DNA of 63,526 bases, counting the filler, from Globobulimina sp. (Eukaryota): assembly GCA_003354225.1 (NCBI GenBank). It is 14 parts of 14 records of this genome, joined end to end, with 100 filler letters (N's around TTAATTAATTAA, not from the genome) between each part and the next. Parts side by side here need not be neighbours in the genome. Positions count along the whole stretch, not along the records: positions 18,191 to 22,636 come from PIVH01001235.1; positions 22,737 to 27,181 come from PIVH01001236.1; positions 27,282 to 31,726 come from PIVH01001237.1; positions 31,827 to 36,270 come from PIVH01001238.1; 10 more parts are not named here. One strand, written 5' to 3'. How positions within the stretch are numbered: position 1 is the stretch's first letter; each line of letters starts with the position of its first letter. Position numbers and translations under genes: made by a program. The notes beneath the pieces were generated by a model, which was given only the letters and a program-made list of their open reading frames with translations, ran no database searches and was not told the origin of the DNA. Below, piece after piece: positions 21,401 to 32,643 of this stretch.

Positions 21401-22636
21401 GAAATATTTATCAAATGTAGCAAATAAGCGTACTACTTTTAACCCCATCTCTTCTTTCACCAATTCACATTTTAGCGTAGTCTTAATCTGTACCGGTGCC
21501 ATTTCTGTATATTCCCACGCAAAATCGCATAAACGTCAAAAAATATGAATTCTGACAATGAAAAATAACTGAAATATTTTAATTACAAAACTTTGCTCCG
21601 TGGGCTCTTTTATGGGTTGTTTTATCTGCGATGTAGGAGCCGCTGCCGGTTCCGGTTGTTGTGATTTTTTGTCATATTCTCCTTCAAAAGTCACAGTGTA
21701 CCCTTTGGTCCTCGTCATTTGTGCTTGATTCTTGAGCTGATTTTTAATGATAAAAAACGACATTTTAGTCGCATCGGACTTAGCTATTTTACTCAATTTC
21801 CATCCGATCCCAATGCCTACATTTTGCATTGCTGCGCCATACTTGTTCTCGCAAAAAGCATCAATCACTAAACCTTTGCCACTCTCTCCCTTCTTACTGC
21901 TGACATATTGCTGCAAATCCACAAATAAACGCACATGTCGCTTACCATGTTTTTTAGACACAATTTCTATCAATTTATCATCCTCATTCCCTGCCCGCTT
22001 TGCCAGGCTATATCCCGATGCATTTATAGTGGGCGTTTTGGAGCTGTTTTTGTTATATTTGTTCAACATATTAGTACCACCCATATGCATCATCGGAGTG
22101 GGTGTTTTAGACATAGCCACATTACGCGGTACATCACGTTTAGTCTCGTCGCTGTCTGGCGCAGTTTCTATGGGTATCAACGGTGCGGTGGTCACTCCTT
22201 TACTGAATGAACGGGACTGTCCTCGATCTCTGCTGACGCCTAGCTTGTGTTTGTGGTTATTATCGTCTTTGGTTGCTTTGTTCAGTTTGTTGCCTTTTTT
22301 AGATTTCCTTTTAAATCCACCCGCTAATAAGCTGCCCATACCACCCATTCCCATGCCATACTTCTTCTTTTTTGTGGGCGATGGGTTGTCATTGGATTTA
22401 TTCTCGGCGGTTGAGCCTGAAATAGGTTTTGTTTTTTTCATGTTTATATTGGAGGATACAGATTGTGCAAATTGATCCGTATTTTTTTCGTCAGTGTCTT
22501 CTAGTTCGTCGAAGTTGAGAGCAACTTTCTTCTTTTGCTTGTTTCCTTTTATAACGATTCGGTCCAATAACGCTGAATTATCCAACGAGGCGCGTCTTTG
22601 TCTGGTTTTTTTTTTGCGAATTGGTCGCGCGCCGCC
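18451..22636 (-). CDS. Multi-exon eukaryotic protein with five copies of a divergent ~90-aa PDZ-like module separated by Lys/Pro/Thr-rich linkers (partial)
   Basis: Repeated consensus (R/K)L(F/Y)x(D/E)xxx(Y/F)..G.KG(L/F)VI..F....G..L...G(I/V)GxGWK(L/I)..(F/Y).(M/I)(L/T)KN(Q/L).....GYx(L/V)xF. GT-AG introns restore frame at 21505-21591, 19947-20014 and 19063-19121. Confidence 0.7.
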
Positions 22637-22736
22637 NNNNNNNNNNNNNNNNNNNNNNNNNNNNNNNNNNNNNNNNNNNNTTAATTAATTAANNNNNNNN
22701 NNNNNNNNNNNNNNNNNNNNNNNNNNNNNNNNNNNN

Positions 22737-23240
22737 GTATTTGCGATACAAGATCATACTATTTTTATAACCAATGATTTGCGCAAATTTGCAATTTTCA
22801 GTATGAGAGTGAATGTTGCGTGAAAAATGGAAATCTTTTAAGGTGGAATATTTGGAGGAATATGAGGTCCATTCTCGTAAATATCGGTCGCCAACAACGG
22901 AGACAATTTTATTGTTTCCTTTGATATAAACATGGCGAACGGTCTCGTAATCTGATTCTATTAGGCGACGGCAATAATATTTATTATATTTCGCACTCTT
23001 ATTCTTATTCTTAACGCTATCATTCACATTCACTTCGTGCGTCTTTTCCTCTCTTGCATTTATTGAGATTCTGCCATCTAAATCAATCGGCAACGGCCAC
23101 GCGTCGACTGCACCGGATGCTAATCCTGTTAATAAAAAGCCATTCACATAATCCACATGAAAGGATATTACAGGGTTTCCTTTTTGAACCGGACAAATTT
23201 GATAAAATGCATCTGATGGTGCTGATGCTGTGCGCGACAT
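22737..23240 (-). CDS. N-terminal part of a possible WD40/beta-propeller protein
   Basis: PVISFHVDYVNGFLLTGLASGAVDAW and IVSVVGDRYLREW resemble WD repeats. Truncated at contig edge. Confidence 0.45.
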
Positions 23241-23299
23241 TTGAGATTTGTTTTTTATAGGATTTTTTGTAAATAAATGTTGCTGTGATTTAGTCAAAA

Positions 23300-24037
23300 A
23301 TGACTTCATTGACGCAATCTGAGTTAAGTCAGACGATACAAACAATACAAACGGAATTCAGTCAAATTACAATCCAGACTGAAATATCAGCACTAAAAAC
23401 AAGAGAAATCATCCCGATTAATGTAACCACCAGCACAGAAGCAACATGCTGCAAAAAAATTGATATTTACACAGGATTATATATAATATTTGGGTGTAAT
23501 ATATTTATTGGATCGTTACTAATATTAATTATAATCTGGGCTTTTGAGTTTACGGATTTTCCAAACGTTATTGTAGTTTGGAGCATATTGTTTTTGATAA
23601 TCAGATGTGGTATTTCTGTGTTAGGATTTTATATCGTTCCTAAAATGGCTGGTTTGCATGGTGACCAACTACTTGATTTAAAAGGTAAATATTTCAAAAT
23701 AATCAGGTTTTGGTCTGTATTGTTGTTATATGGACCGGCAATATTTAATATTATATTATTGATTGGGTTTATTTTCTATTCTGTCATTCTTTCCATTCTA
23801 TTATCACAAGATGCGGACACTTATAATTCATACAAACCATCAACGTTTCCCCAAGTCACATTATATGAACCGGTCGATCGTTTTACCGCAAAGTTTTTAT
23901 TGTTTTGCATGGGGATTATAGCCATTATTGTTGTTATTGATATAATCACTGAGCTAATGTTTTATGATACAATCAAAAAGTTTATGGAAGCAAAACTGGA
24001 ATGTAAATTGTGCTCAGTTCCATGCAAAAAAAAGTGA
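23300..24037 (+). CDS. Four-TM membrane protein of unknown function
   Basis: 245-aa ORF with four hydrophobic helices. Confidence 0.6.
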   Translation: MTSLTQSELSQTIQTIQTEFSQITIQTEISALKTREIIPINVTTSTEATCCKKIDIYTGLYIIFGCNIFIGSLLILIIIWAFEFTDFPNVIVVWSILFLIIRCGISVLGFYIVPKMAGLHGDQLLDLKGKYFKIIRFWSVLLLYGPAIFNIILLIGFIFYSVILSILLSQDADTYNSYKPSTFPQVTLYEPVDRFTAKFLLFCMGIIAIIVVIDIITELMFYDTIKKFMEAKLECKLCSVPCKKK

Positions 24038-24595
24038 TATAAATCGTAAACTGTGCATTAATATGTTTTTGTATTCGATTTAAGGTTAATTTAAACCATT
24101 TTCATTGTTAATATACTATTATTCAAATAAACTTTTCTGTTTAATATTGCGTCATTAGATTAAAAGCAGCTTAAATAAGTTGTTTTGTTCATGGCTTGCA
24201 TCAAACGCCCCGACAACAAATAAATAGGCACAGAAACGTTGCTCATCTCAAGTGTGAAATGCGACGGAAAATCAACTCTGAAGGTTTTTTCAGTGAGCCC
24301 AGATTGTAATGATTAACTTTAAGAACAAAGCAAGACTATCAAGTGGTAAATTAAATTTATCAAATATTAATCTAAACATAAACACTGATGCATTGAAACC
24401 TGGCGCTGTAAATCCATGGCTTGCAAGTTACGCATTTTTCACACTGCAATATCGTGCATATTAAAGACAAAACATTAAAATATCTAGAAAGCAAAAGTGC
24501 GAAACAATCCACTGAATCGGTTTCATGTGGTATGTAGCAATTACTCTGAACACATAATTTCATTATACACAATGCAACATATATACCACATAGCA

Positions 24596-25223
24596 ATGGC
24601 AGAAAATGAGTCTTTTGAGAAACCGATTATTCCGCCAGAGCTTCGTAGGAAAAAAACCAGATTGTATAATGTTGACATGCCAGATGTTACGCATAATATA
24701 TATTATTTATTTTTTATTCTTTCCATGCATAATTTGTTAATTTAAAAATATTTGACAGAATGAAATGCAAATTGAGATTAGTGAATCGACGGAAATTTCG
24801 CAACCAACCGAAATCGTAGAATTTGTGATAACGGATATTGATACGGATGAAGTTGATGAAATGGTAAAAGCTGTTCGATCAGATGGTGAAAGTACTGTTG
24901 ATTTAGACCAGGAAGAGGACAATGTTCTATTTGATGAAGAAAAACATATTGAATTGGTTACTATAAATATAATAGCATCAGAACCAAGTTCTACTACATG
25001 TGATTATAATGTTGGTGTTGGGAAAACCAACCAATTATTATTAGAATCGACAGATAAATTGGATGCTGTCTATGGAGAACAAACCGATATCGAAGCATAT
25101 GATGTAACACAACCAAAAGAAATAACGGCAACACAAAGACGGGTATCAAGATGTTGTTTTGTATGGAATCTTTGTGCATTTTCATTTAAATCAAATCCTG
25201 AATTATAGACAGAATCCGAATAA
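24596..25223 (+). CDS. Acidic hypothetical protein, probably spliced
   Basis: ATG 24596 (MAENESFEKP), Glu/Asp-rich exon ~24760-25142 and a plausible GT-AG intron to a terminal TESE*. Confidence 0.4.
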
Positions 25224-25371
25224 TTGCGGTGATTAACATATATATTTCGTGACATTGTAATTTTTAAATTTTTTAATAATAATTGAGGTACAATGGAATA
25301 TCAGGACATAAGTAATCATTTTTGCAATTTATTTAAATCATTTTTTTAATGTATACGAGTTAAGCAGTTTT

Positions 25372-26667
25372 TTGGCTGTTTTTTTTACAATGACAACCTC
25401 AGCTCAAGTGACTGATGGGGATTTCTGGTGGATTGCAGTGGTAATTGCCATTATCGCGTGTATAATAGACGCAACAGGATGGGTAATAGAGAAATCGACT
25501 CATATGAGCCTGGAGTCTCAACTCCCATTAAATTATAATAGATCTGAAGAAACGACAAAAGAATCATTGCAATATTTATGTTCATGCCAATGGTGGTGCG
25601 GCTTCACAACGCATATATTTGGCACAGCATTATTTTCCTCGTCGTTGGCCTTCAGTGACGCCTCGTTAGTGATGCCATTGCAATCAGCAACACTTGCATT
25701 CAATACATTGTTTGCCTGGAAATTTCTGAATGAAAAATTAAATAAAAAGCAAATATTTGGTACAATTTTGATTGTTATTGGCTGCAGTTTTGCTGTGGTT
25801 GTTGGGTATGTTATGTATGAATATTAAAATGCATTTACTTTTATAATTATTAATGATATCCAGCCCAAAAACGAAAAAATCATACTACACTGCTCAAGAT
25901 TTGGGTGACCGTTTCAAAGAAATCCCCTTTTTGGTATTCACGGCATTTGTCCTATTCCTTGCCTTCGTCGATTATGTTTTGTTCAAATACGTTCTCAATA
26001 ATTACACTCTTTTGTTGTTAAGGTTTGTTTATTCTCCTTTTTATAATTATAATATAATATATTCTCACTTTGTTTGTATTGCAGTTATGTATTTAAGGCC
26101 GGTTTCTTTGCGGCGTGGAACATTTTATTTATTAAATGCTTTATTGAGTTAATAATATCCTCATCGAGCACAATGGAACAATTTCAAGAGAATGGCAAGA
26201 ATTGGATTTCCTATATTTTGTTTTTCTTGATTTGTTTCTCGAAAATCACATCAGAATTCTGGAGGGAGGGAGCACTCAAAATATATCCTGGCAATTATGT
26301 TGGATCAATCTATACTTTGTTCTACATTGTTGGCGCCATTTTGTTCGTATCCACATATTTCAATGAATTCGAGGAAACAGAAGGAGCCATAGTTTTGGCC
26401 TTTGCTATTTGTGTTGGCATTTCCTTCATCGGTGTGCTGTGCCTAACATTTGGAGGAACACTGACCATTATGGACCAGCGCTTAATTGGCGATGAATCCA
26501 TTGTATCTCCGATAAGTAGAATGAGTGAATCCATTGAAATTGGGTCGATTGAAAGTAACTATCAAAACAATGTTTACAGGAAAAGTAGTAATATGGAAAT
26601 GACAACGTGTGGCAGTCCGACAGAAACACATAAATTGATGAGGAAATTATATGCTTATATGAAATAG
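25372..26667 (+). CDS. NIPA-like magnesium transporter (DMT superfamily), start uncertain
   Basis: WWCG..GTALFSSSLAFSDASLVMPLQSATLAFNTLFAWKFLNEKL..GTILIVIG. Introns 25806-25863 and 26023-26084 join three ORFs in frame. Confidence 0.8.
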
Positions 26668-26806
26668 CGTTTGTTTTTTTGATGACTAGTTTATTAACAC
26701 AGAAATAATCAAAGGTTTGGAATTCTGATACTTTTCTGTGTCAGCAAGCTGGTCATTGACTTTTTTTTTTCATTTGACTTTTTTATTTGACTTTTTTATT
26801 GTTTGT

Positions 26807-27181
26807 TCAGTTAATTATGTATTGGTTGTTTATAACCCATTGACGCTTCACAGCAGAAACATTCGTTATCATTCTATCTTTATGCCGCAATAAGTCGAAA
26901 AGTTGTTTCCCAAAAAACATGTTAAGATTGGTTAAACTGGAAATCATCAAAGTTTTGACAGATAATGAATGTCCATGCACAGTTATTGTGCTATCGTTAT
27001 CGTTATAAAAAGCACTATATTCAGTTTGGATTAATATAGCTAACAACCAAACACCTAATATTATTTTGATGCATATTTTAGTTTGCCATCCATCACTTAA
27101 ACCAAATAGCATGCATGCTAACATTGTGCCTATTCCATTGCATATGTCCTCAATCAAATATTGAATGTCTGACAGATCAGA
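26807..27181 (-). CDS. C-terminal fragment of a membrane protein
   Basis: Hydrophobic segments, truncated at contig edge. Confidence 0.4.
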   Translation of the reverse strand, partial: SDLSDIQYLIEDICNGIGTMLACMLFGLSDGWQTKICIKIILGVWLLAILIQTEYSAFYNDNDSTITVHGHSLSVKTLMISSLTNLNMFFGKQLFDLLRHKDRMITNVSAVKRQWVINNQYIIN

Positions 27182-27286
27182 NNNNNNNNNNNNNNNNNNN
27201 NNNNNNNNNNNNNNNNNNNNNNNNNTTAATTAATTAANNNNNNNNNNNNNNNNNNNNNNNNNNNNNNNNNNNNNNNNNNNNAAAAA

Positions 27287-28615
27287 ATGAGACATCAATC
27301 ACGTTCCAATTTTCTTAAAAAAAGTAGAAAACAATTTGAACCAAATAACAACAATAACAATGAAGCTCCAATACAACGACCAATAAAAAAAGCAAGAATA
27401 TCTCTACAACCGTTAAATAATGAAAATTATAATGATAATGCAATGAATGGAAATGCAAAAGCAAATGCAAAAAAAAGTGATAATAAGAAAAGCAGAGGAT
27501 TTCAAACTCACTCAAATAAATTACAAGAAACAATTGAACAAAATAGAAAATTAAAAAGACAATCCGCACTGCAACAAAAGCATGAAAATGCGTTGGGTGT
27601 AAGAATGAGTGACCCGAGTGCTTGGTTTGGCTTTTCAACAAATACAAAGAGAAATTATATGAATGAGGGTTGTAATGGTAGGGAATCGTCATTTGATTCT
27701 GTTGAGTCTGCCTATTCGAATTCTGATCAATCAATGACTTCAAATCCAAACTCAAATACAAATAATAATTACAACCCGACGACAAACACTAATCACAATG
27801 ACATTCATTCTGCGCACTCTGCCTATTGTACACCGGGACCATTTAAAGGAAAACGTCGACAGAGTTCTATTCCGAAAACATGCCCTCCAAATACAACAAA
27901 GCCATATGCAAATACTACAGACACTAATTTAAATAATATAAATGACATAAATGTCAACCGAAACTTACATAGACCGAGAAAAAATGTGTTTCCTTACTTT
28001 GCTACAAATCCATTTGCAGACAATGTATTAAATATAAATAGTGTCAGTGTGACTGATATAAATATAAATAATGAGAATATTAATATTGCCGAGGATATCA
28101 ACAAGAAACAGGAAGACAAAGAAAAAGAAACAGAAAAAAAAGAAAAAGCCAGAAAGAAACAAGAAAAGAAGGCAAAACGGGAAGAATTAATACGTATTCG
28201 ATCGGAAAAAAGAATCAAAGAGCTGAGAGACAATAGAAACAATGAAAAAGAAAGAGAGAAATTGAAGAATGTGCTGAGGGATAAGATCCATCCTCAAATA
28301 ATTAGTAAAGCTCATCCGGTCAAACATAATCCGATTCTTTTAATAAAATTGTTTTACCCAAAGACCAGAATAAAAACTAATGCCAATACTAAAGACATTT
28401 TGAAGGCGTTCAAGAGGGCGTTGGCTAATTTCCATCCGGATAAAACTGTAAATAAATGTATTAATGAACAGATTATGGCGGAGGAAACATTTAAATTATT
28501 ATCTGATGCCATGGACAAATTTAATACAAAAACTCAGAATCAATATAAAGCTACGAAACCTTATAATAATTATAATAAACCAAATAAACGTAAAAAAAAG
28601 TATGGATGGTTTTGA
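27287..28615 (+). CDS. Asn-rich/coiled-coil protein with a C-terminal J-domain
   Basis: ILKAFKRALANFHPDK....AEETFKLLSDA (HPD motif). Confidence 0.8.
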   Translation: MRHQSRSNFLKKSRKQFEPNNNNNNEAPIQRPIKKARISLQPLNNENYNDNAMNGNAKANAKKSDNKKSRGFQTHSNKLQETIEQNRKLKRQSALQQKHENALGVRMSDPSAWFGFSTNTKRNYMNEGCNGRESSFDSVESAYSNSDQSMTSNPNSNTNNNYNPTTNTNHNDIHSAHSAYCTPGPFKGKRRQSSIPKTCPPNTTKPYANTTDTNLNNINDINVNRNLHRPRKNVFPYFATNPFADNVLNINSVSVTDININNENINIAEDINKKQEDKEKETEKKEKARKKQEKKAKREELIRIRSEKRIKELRDNRNNEKEREKLKNVLRDKIHPQIISKAHPVKHNPILLIKLFYPKTRIKTNANTKDILKAFKRALANFHPDKTVNKCINEQIMAEETFKLLSDAMDKFNTKTQNQYKATKPYNNYNKPNKRKKKYGWF

Positions 28616-28931
28616 ATGTGAATGTGAATGTGTTTGTATTTCATTTCTCTTTTCTTGTTTTTTGACTATTTGTATTCTGTTTTATTTCACTTACTCTCTC
28701 TTTTCAAATCAAAACATTATTTATTAAATATTTAATGCCATTAAATAGTTATAATTATCAATGTACGCAATTATTTAAAACCCTATCGAGATTTACACGC
28801 AGTGCAAGGATAATGTCTGTTCCATTTGAACTTTTTACTCGACTCTACTTTGCGTTCATTACCATAGGAAGAAGGGGGGTATATCTCGTAACTCTCATCG
28901 TTTAGCTAAACATTTATATACTGATAGTCTA

Positions 28932-30208
28932 ATGGCAGAAGCATCTGAGAAACCGTGTTCCACCGCCAACTGCACGAAAAAAGCCACTTCATTAAAATGC
29001 CCAATTTGCGCAAAATTAAATCTGAGTCCCTCGTATTTTTGCTCTCAAGATTGTTTCAAACAAAACTATCGTTTTCATAATAGCCAGATCCACAAACCAG
29101 AACAAGAGCGTGTTAAACGTGAGAATGGATTAAAAACATTTAAACTGCCACGATGGGATTATACCGGTCCATTACGACCATCCTACATCACGCCAATGAG
29201 AACCATTCCAAATAGCATTTCAAAGCCAGACTATGCCGCCACAGGCACTCCATTCGCAGAGAACCGACAACAAAATAATAAAAATATCCCCATCTACACT
29301 GCCTCGGACATAAGGGGCATACGCCGTGCTTGCGCCTTAGGTCGGCAAGTCTTAGATATTGCGGGCAATTTGGTACAAATAGGCATAACCACGGAAGAAA
29401 TTGATATCGCAGTACATTGCGCCTGCATAGAACGGCAATGCTATCCCTCGCCATTGAATTATCGCCGTTTCCCAAAGTCGTGCTGTACGTCGGTGAACGA
29501 GGTGATCTGCCATGGAATCCCCGATTGTCGCAAGTTGGAGCGCGGCGATATTGTAAATATTGATATTACGGTCTATAAAGATGGCTATCATGGCGATTTG
29601 AATGAGACTTTTATCGTTGGCGAGGTTTGTGATATAAAAAAAGAATATTTACAGTTAATTAAAGCGACATATGAGGCCACTATGAATGCTATAAATCACG
29701 GTATTATCCTTGCACTCTGTTGGTTGGATAGTTAATATTTTGATTACTGTACACAGTGAAACCGGGAGTAATGTGCCGTAAATTTGGTGAGATTATTGAC
29801 AATTTTGTGAAGAGAAAGAAATTGAGTGTAACGAGGACGTACTGTGGACATGGAATTGGAAAATTATTTCATTGTTCACCAAATATACCACATTATCGGC
29901 GAAATAAAGCCGTTGGGAAATTGAAAGAAAACATGGTGTTTACCATTGAACCGATGATAAATATGGGTTCGTGGAAGGATAAAACCTGGAATTTTGATGG
30001 TTGGACTGCAGTCACAATCGATGGCAAAAGATCTGCACAGTTTGAACATACTGTTTTAGTCACAGCAAATGGTGTTGATATATTAACAAAAAGAACGCCT
30101 AATTCTGTTCCATTATGGTGGGAAAGATCGGAGAAAAAGGAAACTAAAACAGAACCAAATGAGTCGAAAACTGACAAAACACAACAAAATGCTAAGGACG
30201 ATCAATAA
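28932..30208 (+). CDS. METAP1: Methionine aminopeptidase 1 (eukaryotic, with N-terminal zinc finger)
   Basis: [18 protein letters not shown] zinc finger; [52 protein letters not shown]. Intron 29701-29756. Confidence 0.97.
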
Positions 30209-30268
30209 TATTTTTTTTTTGTGAAAAAAGAAACTCGAAAAACATCTTTAAATAAGTAGGCACTAAGC

Positions 30269-31498
30269 ATGTTGAACGAGTTATTGAAATCTAGGCATTA
30301 TAGGTTAAAAGTCGAATGTTTAATATTGATAATGTATCTAATGTTTAATTGTAATGGTTTGATATGGTTAACATCATTACATTTAGATTTTTATTCAGAA
30401 GACCATGTGAAATTTTTCCCCGACGAAGGCTTTACAGGTTTCGGTATTTCGTGTATATGTTCTTTAATCGCAGTGGTATTGTTTGGAATATTTTCGATTC
30501 GTATAATATTACAATATTATTATAAAGAAAAGGATATTAAATGGATGAAATGTAGTAAACTTTACGCCCAAATTGGCTCAATATTTTGGATTCTATCCAT
30601 GTTGACATGGACCATTACAATATTATTCACCGAAGTGGATGGCTGGATATTTAAATTAGCATTGGCATTCATTCCGGCTTGGAACAAATCATTATGCATT
30701 GGCCTTATATACAGCATATTTTATGAATTCTCTCCTTCTGTGTCACGCACACAAAGAGTGGTACGATGGATATCCATTGTTGTTATTTTCTTATCTGTCT
30801 ATGTCGCTGTATTATCTATGATGTGTGGCATAAGTTGGCTAATGTGGATATTTGCAGTACGTTACACCTCTATATATATATTATATATTTGTTATCCTCG
30901 CACATTGACACATTCTACATATATATGACAGTGGTTTGGCGGAGCCGCCGCTGTTGTGATTGTAACCGTATATATGATGCTTTTAAGTGTTGTGTTAACA
31001 CCATTTTATAATTTTTTTTTTGTTTTATGGGATCAGTTACGGCCAAGTTTCAATTTTAAATATTATATGATTTGTATACCGTGTTGTTGTGGATGTTTCT
31101 GCCATGACCAATGGTTAAGTTGTTGTGTGTGTTCCTGTTGTAGAAGGTATAAAGAAGTGATCTGGTTAATTGTAGGAATGTCATTTGTGTGGTTGGTGTG
31201 TACAGTGTTTGGAAATGACAATGAATGTTTGGCAGATGCGTCGGTCAGAGAGTTTGCATACGGATTCCGTGGCGCTGCCATTTTAGTGTTGTTGTTCAGT
31301 GTTTTAATCAATATTGAATTGATATATAGTGGACATGTTAAGAATAGATTTGAGGCTAATAATATAAATCAAAGACAAGGCGTTAATTTACAAGTTGGAC
31401 ATGCTACAACGTCAACTGTTCAAGCTACAAATGCTAATGAGGAGGATGAGGATGAGGATGAGGATGACAATCAGAATGAAATTGTACCTGTCAGATGA
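30269..31498 (+). CDS. Multi-pass membrane protein with a Cys-rich loop and acidic tail
   Basis: Two hydrophobic ORFs joined in frame by GT-AG intron 30857-30931. Confidence 0.6.
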
Positions 31499-32150
31499 TA
31501 TGTTGAGTGTAATGACATGCTTTGTCCATGACTATTGACCATTGACTAATGGCTGTTATGTTAAAAACAAATTATGAAAGATTGTTATTGACCTAGCTTT
31601 TTAAATTTTAATGTTAGATCCGTAAGTTTCCATGATCACAGTTTTCAAAAACAAGAGCAAACAACATCGGAACACCTAATAGAGTTTTCCTATTTGACCT
31701 TGATTTTGCTCATGATCAACTTTTTTNNNNNNNNNNNNNNNNNNNNNNNNNNNNNNNNNNNNNNNNNNNNTTAATTAATTAANNNNNNNNNNNNNNNNNN
31801 NNNNNNNNNNNNNNNNNNNNNNNNNNGATGACAGATATGATTCACTATGTACACAGACCTCGTGTCCCAGAAAATGTTTTCAACATTGAGAGACTGTCGA
31901 AAAATCTCCCTAAACACAATGACAGATACTATTTACTAGTCACACATAGCTCAAATAGTTTTCAGTCTGTGTTTCATTGAAGTTATGTAGCGACTATCGT
32001 TATGTTGTGATATTTTATATTCCTTTCATATCATTTTATTTATTTTATTCCAAACGAATTTAAAGTTGGCCATATCATTCTTTTAGTTCCAGCTGTTTCA
32101 CAAATTGCTGTGGTATTGTTTTTTCACTATATTTTAAAGGAGAGAAAACA

Positions 32151-32549
32151 ATGCAAAGGACGCCTTCCAGAAAAAAGCCCTGCCGTATATGTAGAAAATG
32201 GTTTGTTCCTCATCCTCGACAAAAAGACCGGCAAAAAACCTGCGGAGATCCGGAATGCCAAAGAACGTGGCACAAGAAAAAATGCTCGGAATGGAACAGG
32301 AAGAACCCGGATTATTTTAAAGAAAACTACCTGCAGAAGAAGCTTGATTCAATTGCAACCAGCACTCCCGAACCGCCCAAAACCCACCCCGAAGCTCTTA
32401 TCCGCAGCCGTTTTAAGACCGGACTACCCCTTTTGTTTGTTCAAGAGGTGATAAACATTCAACATGTTGTAATGATTGAATATCTGGCGCAACTACTCCA
32501 TGTGCGTTTTAAAGAGGTGATAAGGGCACAAGCTCCTGTTAATACATGA
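32151..32549 (+). CDS. Small basic Cys-rich (putative zinc-binding, nucleic-acid-binding) protein
   Basis: KKPCRICRKWFVPHPRQKDRQKTCGDPECQR (CxxC-16-Cx4C), with an AAGGAGAG RBS upstream. 132 aa. Confidence 0.8.
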   Translation: MQRTPSRKKPCRICRKWFVPHPRQKDRQKTCGDPECQRTWHKKKCSEWNRKNPDYFKENYLQKKLDSIATSTPEPPKTHPEALIRSRFKTGLPLLFVQEVINIQHVVMIEYLAQLLHVRFKEVIRAQAPVNT

Positions 32550-32592
32550 TATCTGAACGGACTACTCGTCTTTGGGTTTTTAAGAGGCGATA
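32420..32592 (+). repeat. Three degenerate direct repeats with a 69-bp period
   Basis: ACTAC at 32423/32492/32561 and AAGAGGYGATA at 32443/32512/32582. Confidence 0.8.
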
Positions 32593-32643
32593 GACATTGG
32601 ATCAGGATTTATGCTGATATGAGAAGAAAAAGGAGAGCCGATT

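Noticed and set aside
31890-31904. GAGACTGTCGAAAAA resembling an IS terminal inverted repeat
   Set aside because: No partner repeat or transposase is in the contig, and it is too short to support.
32110-32451. Alternative-frame 113-aa ORF overlapping the Cys-rich gene
   Set aside because: It has a GTG start without an RBS, whereas the 32151 frame has an RBS and a coherent Cys motif.
32420-32592. Canonical CRISPR interpretation of the 69-bp-period repeats
   Set aside because: The repeats are bipartite and degenerate, overlap a CDS and have no cas genes nearby. They are kept as an unexplained array instead.
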